Both the position numbers and the translations under genes were made by a program. A model generated the notes under the pieces. The model was not told the origin of the DNA. It did no database searches and saw nothing but the letters and a program-made list of their open reading frames with translations. A DNA stretch of 11,003 nucleotides from assembly GCA_963827655.1 (NCBI GenBank), contig CAWHCF010000024.1, forward strand, positions 1 to 11,003, in the 5' to 3' direction. This DNA is from an uncultured Acidobacteriota bacterium. GTDB taxonomy: Bacteria; Acidobacteriota; UBA6911. Of the stretch, positions 1-8,708 are shown piece by piece (the first letter of the stretch is position 1; every line of letters begins with the position of its first letter).

Positions 1-14
1 TCGGGCCATTACCA

Positions 15-44
15 TTGAAAGAGTTCTCGGCTATATTCGATACT
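15..44 (+). promoter_or_regulatory. Possible sigma70 promoter for the DUF1553-DUF1501 pair
   Basis: TTGAAA (15-20), 18 nt spacer, GATACT (39-44), in an AT-rich patch just before ATG 55. No clear Shine-Dalgarno before 55 or 58. Confidence 0.3.
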
Positions 45-54
45 TGCTACTGCA

Positions 55-2665
55 ATGATGGAAATGCCTAGAAAGGATACGTGCCTGCTGCTCTGTGCCG
101 CTGTCATGGTGTTGTCCCTTCAGGCTCAGGAACTGCCCAAAAAGGAACTTCCTCCTCCCGCCACCCAGCGAGTCGACTTCCACAGGGACATTGAGCCAAT
201 CCTGAAAAAGAGCTGCATTGCGTGCCACGGCTCGGTTGTGGCTGCCAGCGGTCTCCGTCTCGATAGCCGCCAATCAGCGCTGGCGGGCGGCTACTCCGGT
301 GCCGTTATCAAACCGGGCCAGAGCGCCGTGAGCAGGTTGATCCACCTGGTTGCCGGCCTCGAGGAGGGGAAGGTCATGCCCTTGCAGGGAGACCGCCTTT
401 CGATCGAGCAGGTCGGCCTGTTACGCGCCTGGATCGATCAGGGAGCCGAGTGGCCGGACGAGCTGACCTTGTCCTCGACCGACGGCGGCACGTCCAGGAA
501 GCAGCACTGGGCGTTCATTCCGCCCGCGCAGCCGACCCCGCCGGAGACTCGCAACCAGGCCTGGATCCGCAATCCAATCGATTCGTTTGTGCTTGCCCGC
601 CTGGAAGCGGAGAAAATTTCTCCCTCCGCTGAAGCCGATCGAGCGGCACTCATCCGGAGAGTCAGTCTCGATTTGATCGGTTTGCCCCCGACCCCAACGG
701 AAGTCGCCGATTTCCTGGCCGACCAGCGTCCCGATGCCTACGAACGGCTGGTGGACCGCTTGCTCGATTCGCCCCATTATGGCGAGAAGTGGGCCCGGCA
801 ATGGCTCGACCTGGCTCGCTATGCCGACAGTGACGGCTATTACATCGATAAGGTGCGGCCTAACGCCTGGCGTTACCGTCACTGGGTCATCGATGCGCTC
901 AACCGCAACCTGCCTTTCGACCGGTTCACCATAGAACAGATTGCCGGTGATCTCCTGCCGAATGCCACAGTCGAACAGAAAGTCGCAACCGGTTTTCAGC
1001 GCAATTCTCTGACCAACCGCGAAGGGGGTGTGGATCGGGAAGAGTTCCGCATGGAGGCGGTCGTAGATCGAACCAGCACAATAGGGACGGTCTGGCTGGG
1101 TCTCACGATCGGTTGCGCCCGATGCCACGACCACAAGTACGATCCGATCAGTCAGAAAGATTTTTACCAGCTATCGGCCTTTTTCAATACCGCGATGGAC
1201 ACTGAGATCGACGCGCCTCTGGCAGGAGAGCTCGGTCCTTTTTTGCGGGGGAAGCCAGAGTACGATCGGAAACGCAAGGCCCTCCTGGCCGAGTACAAGG
1301 TGCCGGAACTACAACCCGACTGGGAAGAAAAGATACGCCAGGCCGCCTCCCATCCGGGCATTGATGTTCCCTACGATGTGGCCTGGAATGCGTTCCAGAG
1401 GCTGGGCTACGGCGCGGAAGTGTTCGTGATGCTCGAGCCCCACCGGCGAACACAGAAGCAGCAGGATCTCATCACCGATCACTTTCTGGAGTGGTACCGT
1501 ATAGTCGTACCGAAAGAGAGATACGACGAGTTGAAGTTCGTCGAGTTGCGCCAGAAGCTGAGCGATCTGGCCCAGGAGTATCCGGCGCTGACCGAAGCGC
1601 CGACGATCGCCGAGAATCCTGAGCCCCCCAGCACGCGCATTCTTATCCGGGGCGATTATCGACAGCCCGGCGTCGAGGTCCAGCCCAATACGCCTGCGAT
1701 TCTTCCTCCGCTGCCGAAGAGCTCCGAGCCGCCCCGGCTCCGCCTGGCCCGTTGGCTCGTGTCGCGGGAGAACCCACTTACGGCGCGCGTGACCGTCAAT
1801 CGCACGTGGCAGGAGCTGTTTGGCCGCGGGCTGGTTGAAAGCTCGCAGGACTTTGGCTCGCGGGGCGAGCGGGCGACGCATCCCCAACTGCTCGATTGGC
1901 TGGCTACGCAGTTCATCGAGACCGGCTGGAACCTCAAGAAGATGTGCCGGCTGATCGTGACCTCGGCCACCTACCGCCAGTCGTCTCAGGCGCGCAAGGA
2001 TGTCGAAACCCGCGACCCTTACAACCGATTGCTGGCGCGGCAGTCGCGCCTGCGTCTCCCGGCTGAACTGATTCGCGACGCGGCGCTCTCGGTCAGCGAC
2101 CTGCTGAACCCGGCCATCGGGGGGAAGAGTGTGCGGCCGCCGATGCCGGATGGCCTGGTGCAGCTCGCCATCACCTATAACTTCGGGACGCGCTGGAAAG
2201 AGAGTTCGGGAGCCGACCGCTACCGTCGCGGACTCTACATTCTCTTTCAGCGGACGATTCCCTATCCGCAGCTGATGACTTTCGACGCTCCCGATTCGCT
2301 GCTTGCCTTGCAGCCGGCGCGAGCGCTCCACCACGCCGTTGCAGGCATTGAATCTCCTGAATGATCCGGTCTTTTTCGAGGCAGCCCAGGGTCTGGCTGC
2401 CCGAGTGCTCCGAGAGGCGCCAGCAAACCTCAGCAGCCGCATCGACTACGCATTTCAGCTCTGTCTGGCACGCATTCCAACTCCGGACGAGAAAGAGCGA
2501 CTCGAAAAGTATTACCGGCAGCAGAAAGAGATGCTGGATACAAACGCGAAAGAGGCCCTCTTCCCGGCCAGGAGCCTCGAGGGAATTGAAACCGAAGAGG
2601 CGGCGGTCTGGACACTCGTAGCCAGCGTATTGCTGAACCTGGACGACTTCATCACAAGAGGTTGA
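55..2665 (+). CDS. PSD1 and planctomycete cytochrome c domain protein (PSCyt1 + DUF1549 + DUF1553), ~869 aa after correcting one frameshift at ~2308
   Basis: N-terminal signal peptide (LLLCAAVMVLSLQA-Q). Motifs: VDFHRDIEPIL..CIACHG (heme motif, 214-228), HWAF, NPIDSFV, LIRRVSLDLIGLPPT, YGEKWARQWLDLARYADS, CARCHDHKYDP (1114-1128), NPLTARVTVNRTWQ, HPQLLDWLA, SATYRQSS. ORF 55-2364 loses the family pattern after FDAPDSLLA. Removing one T at 2308/2309 gives ACSRRERSTTPLQALNLLND...VLLNLDDFITRG* (ORF 2303-2665), the typical C-terminus. Start could be ATG 55, 58 or 64. Confidence 0.92.
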
Positions 2666-2667
2666 TC

Positions 2668-4104
2668 GTGGACTTCCGGGATTTTGTTCGCATTCAGTCT
2701 CGCCGCAGCTTTTTCAGCGAATGCGCGGGCGGCGTGGGAGCCATCGCCCTCTGGAACCTGCTGGCGCGCGAAGGCCGAGCCGAGCAGAATCTCCCCGCAA
2801 CCAATCCGCTCGCGCCCAGGGCCTCCCACTTCGCCCCGAAGGCCCGGAGTGTGATCTTCATGCTCATGTCCGGAGCGCCCAGCCACCTCGATCTGTTCGA
2901 CCCCAAGCCGGAAATGAAAAAATGGGATGGCCAGCCGCTTCCCGCTTCATTGACCAAGAACCTGAAGCTGGCCTTCATAAAGCCTTCCGCCAAAGTCTGG
3001 GCCAGCCCGCGCATCTTTACACCCTCAGGGAAAAGCGGGATTGAGTTCTCGGATTGGATGCCCCACATCGCGACGTGCGCAGACGACATCTGCATGATCC
3101 GCTCGATGTATACCGATCAGTTCAATCATCACCCCGGCCAGCTGATGCTGAGTTGCGGAACTCCTCTTGTGGGCCGGCCCTCGATGGGCGCCTGGATCAC
3201 GTATGGGCTGGGAAGCGAATCACAAAACCTGCCGGGCTTCGTGGTGCTCAGCTCCGGGGGAGGCGCCGACGCAGGGAGTGCAAACTGGTCGAGCGGGTTT
3301 CTTCCTTCCAGCTATCAGGGTGTGACTTTCCGGAGCGAGGGCGATCCGGTGTTGTACCTGTCCAATCCGCCCGGTGTCACGCGGGAAATCCAGCGAGCCA
3401 GGCTGGATGTCATCCGCGACCTGAACCAGGCGGCCTCCGCAAAGACAGGCGATATGGAGATCGCCTCGCGCATTGCCAGTTACGAGCTCGCCTTCCGCAT
3501 GCAGGACTCGGCTCCGGAGTTGCTCGACTTCTCGAAAGAGAGCGAAACGACGCTCGAGATGTACGGAGTCAACGACAAGCTCAAGAAGCCGTTCGGAACC
3601 AACTGTCTGCTGGCACGAAGGATGGTCGAGCGCGGCGTAAGATTCGTCTTGCTGGTTCACGCAGGCTGGGACCAGCACTCGGATCTGATCAAGAACCTGA
3701 AGCGAAACTGTGACATCGTCGACCAGTCCACGGCCGCGCTTCTGAAAGACCTCAAGCAGCGCAGTCTGCTCGACTCAACATTAGTCGTCTGGGGAGGCGA
3801 GTTCGGGCGCACTCCGATGGTCGAGAGCCGCAGTCCGGTCAAAGACGCCGAGGGACGCGATCACCATCCCGATGCCTTCAGCCTCTGGATGGCCGGGGGA
3901 GGCATCAAAGGCGGTCAGGTGGTCGGCAAAACCGACGAGTTCGGGCTCAACATCCTGGAGGACAAGGTACACATCCACGACCTCCACGCGACGATTCTCC
4001 ACTGCCTGGGCTTGAATCACGAAGCTCTGACTTTCCGCCACCAGGGCCGCGAATTCCGCCTCACCGATGTGGCCGGCACGGTAGTCACCAAGCTTCTGAC
4101 CTGA
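2668..4104 (+). CDS. DUF1501 domain protein (sulfatase/alkaline-phosphatase-like family), probable Tat substrate
   Basis: Intact ORF. Motifs: SRRSFF twin-arginine-like N-terminus, KARSVIFMLMSGAPSHLDLFDPKP, RPSMGAWITYGLGSESQNLPGFVVL, CLLARRMVERGVRFV, WDQH, WGGEFGRTP, RDHH, HIHDLHATILH, RLTDV. GTG at 2668 follows AGAGGT (2657-2662) and sits 2 nt after the upstream TGA, so it is preferred over TTG 2662. DUF1553 followed by DUF1501 is a well-known gene pair. Confidence 0.93.
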   Translation: MDFRDFVRIQSRRSFFSECAGGVGAIALWNLLAREGRAEQNLPATNPLAPRASHFAPKARSVIFMLMSGAPSHLDLFDPKPEMKKWDGQPLPASLTKNLKLAFIKPSAKVWASPRIFTPSGKSGIEFSDWMPHIATCADDICMIRSMYTDQFNHHPGQLMLSCGTPLVGRPSMGAWITYGLGSESQNLPGFVVLSSGGGADAGSANWSSGFLPSSYQGVTFRSEGDPVLYLSNPPGVTREIQRARLDVIRDLNQAASAKTGDMEIASRIASYELAFRMQDSAPELLDFSKESETTLEMYGVNDKLKKPFGTNCLLARRMVERGVRFVLLVHAGWDQHSDLIKNLKRNCDIVDQSTAALLKDLKQRSLLDSTLVVWGGEFGRTPMVESRSPVKDAEGRDHHPDAFSLWMAGGGIKGGQVVGKTDEFGLNILEDKVHIHDLHATILHCLGLNHEALTFRHQGREFRLTDVAGTVVTKLLT

Positions 4105-4105
4105 A

Positions 4106-7100
4106 TCAAAAAACCACCTTGAAGCCGAACTGAACTTCTCGACTGCGGGCCGCGCTCAGTACCTGCCCGTTTACAGGTGACGCCACGCTCGTCGTGGGAG
4201 CGCCAAACTGGGTGTGGTTGAACAGGTTGAAGAACTCCGCGCGGAACTGCAGGTTCAGGTTCTCCTTGATGTAGGTGTTTTTGAAGATCGAAAAGTCCCA
4301 GTTGTGGGTTCCGTCGGCCTCGATAACGCTGCGCCCGGCGTTGCCGTAGCGGGTGCCGACGCGTCCGTCCGGGCCGATCGGCTGAGAGAAGCAGCTCGTG
4401 TCAAACCAGCGCTGCGGCGTTCGCTCGCTGGAGGGAAGATTCCCATCGCAGGTCCGGTCTGCCCGGAACATGCTGAAGCCTCCGACGCCGTTAGATGGCA
4501 GTGACGTCATACGCCACCCCGCCGGAAAAGACCGAGATTCCGTTCATCTGCCAGCCCGTGAGCAGCTTATCCGCAAGTCCGGTCACTCCTGACAGGAATT
4601 TCCCGTGACGCCCCACCGGCAGATCGTAGTTGTAGGAAACCACGAGGCGATGCCGGACGTCGTAGGTGGAGCGGGCCCAGTCCGCCTGGCGGTTACTGGG
4701 GTTTTGATTGGTGGTGCCGAAGGAGCCCGAAGGATCATGGTCGAGTGATTTACCGAACGTGTACACGCCCAGAAAGCTCAGTCCTTGCGAAAAGCTCTTT
4801 TCCAGCCGTGCCTGCATCGCGTGATAGGAAGACGAGGCCGAGAGCGAGGTGGTCAGGATCTGTCCCCATCCGGGGAAGGGCCGGCGCTCCTGAAGCGTGC
4901 GCAGGTCGTTGGCGTCGCGGACCGGTTCGGGCGCGTTGATGTCGTAGCGCTGAGACTGCTTGCGCCCACCCGAGCCGAAGTATCCAACCTCGAACAGCAG
5001 GGTGGGGGACAGCTTTTGCTGGATGTTCAAGTTCCATTGCATGGCGTACGGCGTCCGGTCGACGAAGTCGGAATTGAAAAACGAGAAGGTCACGGGAATC
5101 GCGTTCGGGTCAAACGGCGGAAAGAGGTCATCCACAAACACCGCTGGGGCCAGATAAACGCGCGTGTCCAGGAAGTAGTGCGGCAGCGAGCTGGTGACGA
5201 ACGAGAATTCATTTAGCGCGGTGAGGTCGTAGTAGACCCCAATCCCGCCGCGAATCACCGTCGTCTGCGAGCTCGTCGGCGAGTAGGCAAAGCCAAAGCG
5301 CGGCGCCCAGTTGTTGCGGTCCGGCTCGTAGATGCCGCGCGGGATTCCGCCGGTGACAAACCGCGGATCCGAAAACGGAAACTGGTTCACGGGCGTGCGC
5401 AGCACCGCTCCGGGGACCGTGTAGTCCAGGATGCCCAGCTTGTCGTTGATCTCGACGAAGGGCTGGCGATACTCATAGCGCAGCCCCAGATTCAAGGTGA
5501 ACCGGGGCGTGACCTTGATGTTGTCCTGAAAGAAAAAACTCCAGTAGGTGCTGCGCATGTTTCCGTCGTTGGACCCGATCATCTGCGACGTCTGGCCAGG
5601 CGAGCCCAGCAGGAAGTCCGCAAAGTCATTGCCGCTGAAGGCCCGATTGAAAACCAGGCTGCTGCGCTCGCCGAACTGGTTGAAATGGTGGTAGTGCCAG
5701 CGCATGATATCTCCCCCCATGAACATCTGGTGACGGCCTCGATTCCAGTTCAAGGTGTCCTGCACCTGGAACTTGTGATTGGTCGTTCCGGAGCGGAGGA
5801 ATGGTGGGCCCGATGGTGCTGAAGCCGCGGACCTGCAGCTGAGGGAATCCCAAAGCCGCCTGGGTCCGGAGGTGCGATATTCTTCAGGCCGACCTCGGCC
5901 CCGAGATCCTTCCCATCGGTGGGTTCCGGTATCGGATCGAACAGGAGCGAGTAGTTATAGCCGAGGCGCAACTCGTTCACTTTGTTGTTCGAGAAGACGT
6001 GGGTCTCCTGGATCGTCGCGCTCTTGCCATCCTTCGGGCTGATCCGGCTGGCCATGCCGATATTGGGCGAAATGGTGATCGAATCGTGCCCGGTATAGCG
6101 GCCGAAAAGCCGGTCGCGGTCGCTGAAGTGATGGTCGACGCGCTCGGTAATCTGATCGAAGTCGTCCGGGCGAGCCAGAGCCACATTCAGGTTGTTAAGC
6201 CGCCCGGGTAAATTCGGTGCCGGATAATAGGGGAGAAGATTGCGCGCAACCCGGCTCATGCGATTCTGCGGAATCAGGTTCCCCGGGAACGGAACGCCTG
6301 TGACGGGGTCCACGATCTGGGTGGCCGGCAGCAGATAGGAAAAATCGCCGTTCTTGATGTCGTCGGTCGGAATCGTGTGGATCTGGGAAATGCCGCGCCG
6401 CGAACGGAGTCCCTCGTAGTTGCTAAAGAACCAGGTCTTCTCCCGGATAATGGGCCCGCCCAGCGAGTAGCCAAACTGGTTAAGCTTGAACTCGGGCTTG
6501 CGCCGGTCGAAGAAGTTTCGCGCATCGAGGTTGTCGTTGCGCAGGAAATGGAAGGCAGTGCCGTGAAACTGCGTTGGTACCGCTCCGGCTGGCGATATTG
6601 ACGTAAGCGGGTGTCCCGTACTCGGCCGAGAAGAAGTTCCGCTGGACGTTGAACTCCTGAATGGCATCGACCGAGACCTGAATCGAGACTTCACCGAACC
6701 AGCCTACGCCGTTGTGTACCCCGTCGAGCGCGAACGTATTCGACACCTCGCGCTGGCCGGAGATGTTGACCGACTGGTTCTCGCGCTGGCCGTTGAAAGA
6801 GGTGACGCCCGAGTTGCGCCCCAGAGGCGAAGCGCCTGCCGAAATAGCCGCCAGCTGGACGAAGTTTCGCCCGTTCAGCGGCAGATCGACGATCTTGCGC
6901 TGGTCTATGACCTGACCGACCGAGGCGCTCTCGCTCTGAACCCGCGCGGCGTCTTCCGTTACACTCACGGTCTCCGTGATCTCCCCGACCTCGAGAGCAA
7001 CATCGACGCGCGCTTCGTCGGCTACCTGCAGGACGACGTTCTGCCGCAGCCCTTTCTTGAAGCCCGTAAGTTCCGCGGCCACGGTATAGGTTCCCGGAGG

Positions 7101-7322
7101 GAGCGATGGAACCGAGTAGCTCCCGGCTTCGTCGGTGGCAGTCTTGCGTTCTTCCTGCGTCAGCGTGTTGAGGACGGTGACAGTCGCCTGCGGCAGCACG
7201 GCGCCCGAATTGTCCGTCACTCTTCCGGAAATCGTGCCGGTCACGCGCTGGCTCCAGAGCGGCGTCTCCGCCGCGAGAAGGAAAAAGCCGGTCAGAAGGG
7301 TCCATCGAGACGTGTATCGCAT
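4106..7322 (-). CDS. TonB-dependent receptor, Oar-like, with N-terminal carboxypeptidase-regulatory-like domain; ~1070 aa after correcting four frameshifts
   Basis: Signal peptide, then GTISGRVTDNSGAVLPQATVT..G.Y.V..L.PG.Y (CarboxypepD_reg), IVDLPLNGRNFVQLA, VDAIQEFNVQ, SGTN-QFHGTAFHFLRNDNLDARNFF, NQFGYSLGGPI, LNLGLRYEY, NNWAPRFGFAY, QWNLNIQQ, LQFRAEFFNLFNHTQF and a terminal aromatic residue (VQFGFKVVF*). Split over ORFs 6480-7322, 5750-6694, part of 5626-5853, 4491-5765 and 4106-4510. Shifts at ~6572, ~5843-5851, ~5790-5812 and ~4493-4500. Confidence 0.92.
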
Positions 7323-7328
7323 AGGAGG

Positions 7329-7335
7329 CTCCTTT
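7329..7335 (-). promoter_or_regulatory. Shine-Dalgarno site of the TonB-dependent receptor gene
   Basis: Minus strand reads AAAGGAG-cctcct-ATG, a 6 nt spacer to ATG 7322. Confidence 0.8.
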
Positions 7336-7357
7336 GCGTCTGTGGAAATTGAGCGTC

Positions 7358-7386
7358 ATTCTAGTTTCGCTCCCGGCGATTGACAA
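7358..7386 (-). promoter_or_regulatory. Putative sigma70 promoter for the TonB-dependent receptor gene
   Basis: Minus strand TTGTCA (7386-7381), 17 nt spacer, TAGAAT (7363-7358). Both hexamers match consensus at 5/6. Predicted transcription start near 7351, about 30 nt upstream of the ATG. Confidence 0.7.
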
Positions 7387-7436
7387 GCAATTAAGTCAGA
7401 CCGGCCAGTCCCAAGGTATTCGTATTTGCGCGGAAC

Positions 7437-7531
7437 CGCGAAATTCGGGGCCAGGCTCCGAATGCGTGGCAAAACACTACTCATTGGTCTCCCTCAACCG
7501 CGCAATTCGGAGCCTGTTCCCGAATTTCGCG
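7437..7531. repeat. Long imperfect inverted repeat made of two internally palindromic units (REP/REPIN- or MITE-like)
   Basis: Left arm CGCGAAATTCGGGGCCAGGCTCCGAATGCGTGG (7437-7469) is nearly the reverse complement of right arm CCGCGCAATTCGGAGCCTGTTCCCGAATTTCGCG (7498-7531), separated by 28 nt. Each arm also folds on itself (ATTCGG...CCGAAT). Confidence 0.8.
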
Positions 7532-7594
7532 TGGATATTCGCGCGCGACGCGTTTAACCTGTTCGGCCATGGGCGGATGTCGAGACGGCTTCAG

Positions 7595-8708
7595 ATGAAT
7601 CGACGGCGTCTCTTGAAATCAGGCGCGGCCGCCGCGTTTAGTGCCGCGCTCGCGTGCGCCACCAGGAGCCCAGGCAGGATCAGCGTTTCTGGAGAACCAG
7701 CCGGCCGAAAGCTCGCGCGGGTCCAGGCTTCGTGGGACCGGATCATTCGCACCGTCGTCGGATTGCGCCCTTTCCGACCCTCCGGGTTTGTCGTAAGAAG
7801 CGAGAAGCTCGGCCCTAAAACGATCGTCCACAATTACGGCCACGGCGGAGCGGGGATCACTCTTTCCTGGGGAACATCACACCTGGCTGTCGAGGAAGCC
7901 CTGAAGACGGGAGAAAGCCGCTATGCCGTGATCGGCTGTGGAGCCGTCGGTCTGGCGTCGGCTCGATTGCTTCAGCGGCGTGGCTTCAATGTCACAATCT
8001 ATGCCCGGGAGATTCCACCTGAAACCACGTCCAACATCGCCGGAGGCCAGTGGTCTCCATTCAGTGTCGCCGACCGCGGACCGGCGTACACCCGAGTTCG
8101 AAAGCCGCTTCCAGCGAGCGGCGCGACTCTCACATCGCTATTTCCAGGACATGGTGGGAGACTACTACGGGGTCCACTGGATCGAGAACTACGTGATCAG
8201 CGAGAACCCAAGGCCGGCGGCGCAGAGCGCCAATCCCCTGCAGGATCTCTTTCCGGCTTCCAGAGATCTGCGTCAGGAGGAGCATCCTTTCGCCGCGCCT
8301 TACGTGCAACGTTTCGTCACGATGCTGATCGAGCCTCCGATCTACTTGAACGCCGTCCAGCGCGATTTCCTGCTCTCGGGCGGGAAGCTGGTGGTGCGGG
8401 CATTCGACGATCAGCGTGAGCTTGCCGCCCTTGATGAGCGAGTCATAGTCAACTGCACCGGTTTGGGCGCCAGGGCGTTGTTTGGCGACGAAGAGCTCGT
8501 GCCGATCAAAGGGCAACTCTCGATCCTGTTGCCCCAACCCGAGATCGACTACATCACCCTGGGAAGCGACCTGTACATGTTTCCGCGCAAGGACGGAATT
8601 CTCCTGGGCGGGACCTTCGAACGCGGCGAATGGAGCCTGGATGTGAACGAACCCGAGCGGCGGAGAATTGTCGAAGGACACATCGCCTTCTTCAACAGCA
8701 TGAAGTAA
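7595..8708 (+). CDS. FAD-dependent oxidoreductase, D-amino acid oxidase family, Tat-exported (possible lipoprotein); ~370 aa after correcting one frameshift at ~8078
   Basis: MNRRRLLK Tat-like signal with Cys at AALAC. Motifs: VGLRPFR (G at 7760), HNYGHGGAGITLSWG (7829-7873), AVIGCGAVGLASA (GxGxxG 7934-7951), TTSNIAGGQW, IVNCTGLGA, PIKGQ, LGGTF. Removing one G at 8078/8079 joins ORF 7334-8419 to ORF 7938-8708 (SVADR-DRRTPEF). Confidence 0.88.

Noticed and set aside
2295-2320. Programmed ribosomal frameshifting as the explanation for the split genes
   Set aside because: No slippery heptamer or long homopolymer/SSR tract is visible at the shift sites, and six unrelated sites in three genes point to sequence error.
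421-2442. Long antisense ORFs (421-1134, 1309-2442) and similar shadow ORFs elsewhere (6714-7352, 8130-8807, 3054-3713)
   Set aside because: They overlap well-supported genes, show no recognisable motifs, and are expected by-products of high-GC codon bias.
7323-7333. SD-sequestering hairpin AGGA-GCC-TCCT upstream of the receptor ATG
   Set aside because: A 4 bp stem with a 3 nt loop is too weak to support a regulatory claim.
7380-7385. Perfect TTGACA on the + strand as the oxidase promoter
   Set aside because: There is no -10-like hexamer 16-18 nt downstream (GGCCAG region). The same bases are better explained as the minus-strand -35 box.
7437-7531. CRISPR repeat-spacer-repeat unit
   Set aside because: There are only two units, related mainly as inverted rather than direct repeats, and no cas genes in the window.
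7334-7594. 87-codon N-terminal extension of the oxidase ORF from TTG 7334
   Set aside because: It runs through the receptor's promoter and the inverted repeat. ATG 7595 places the Tat signal correctly at the N-terminus.
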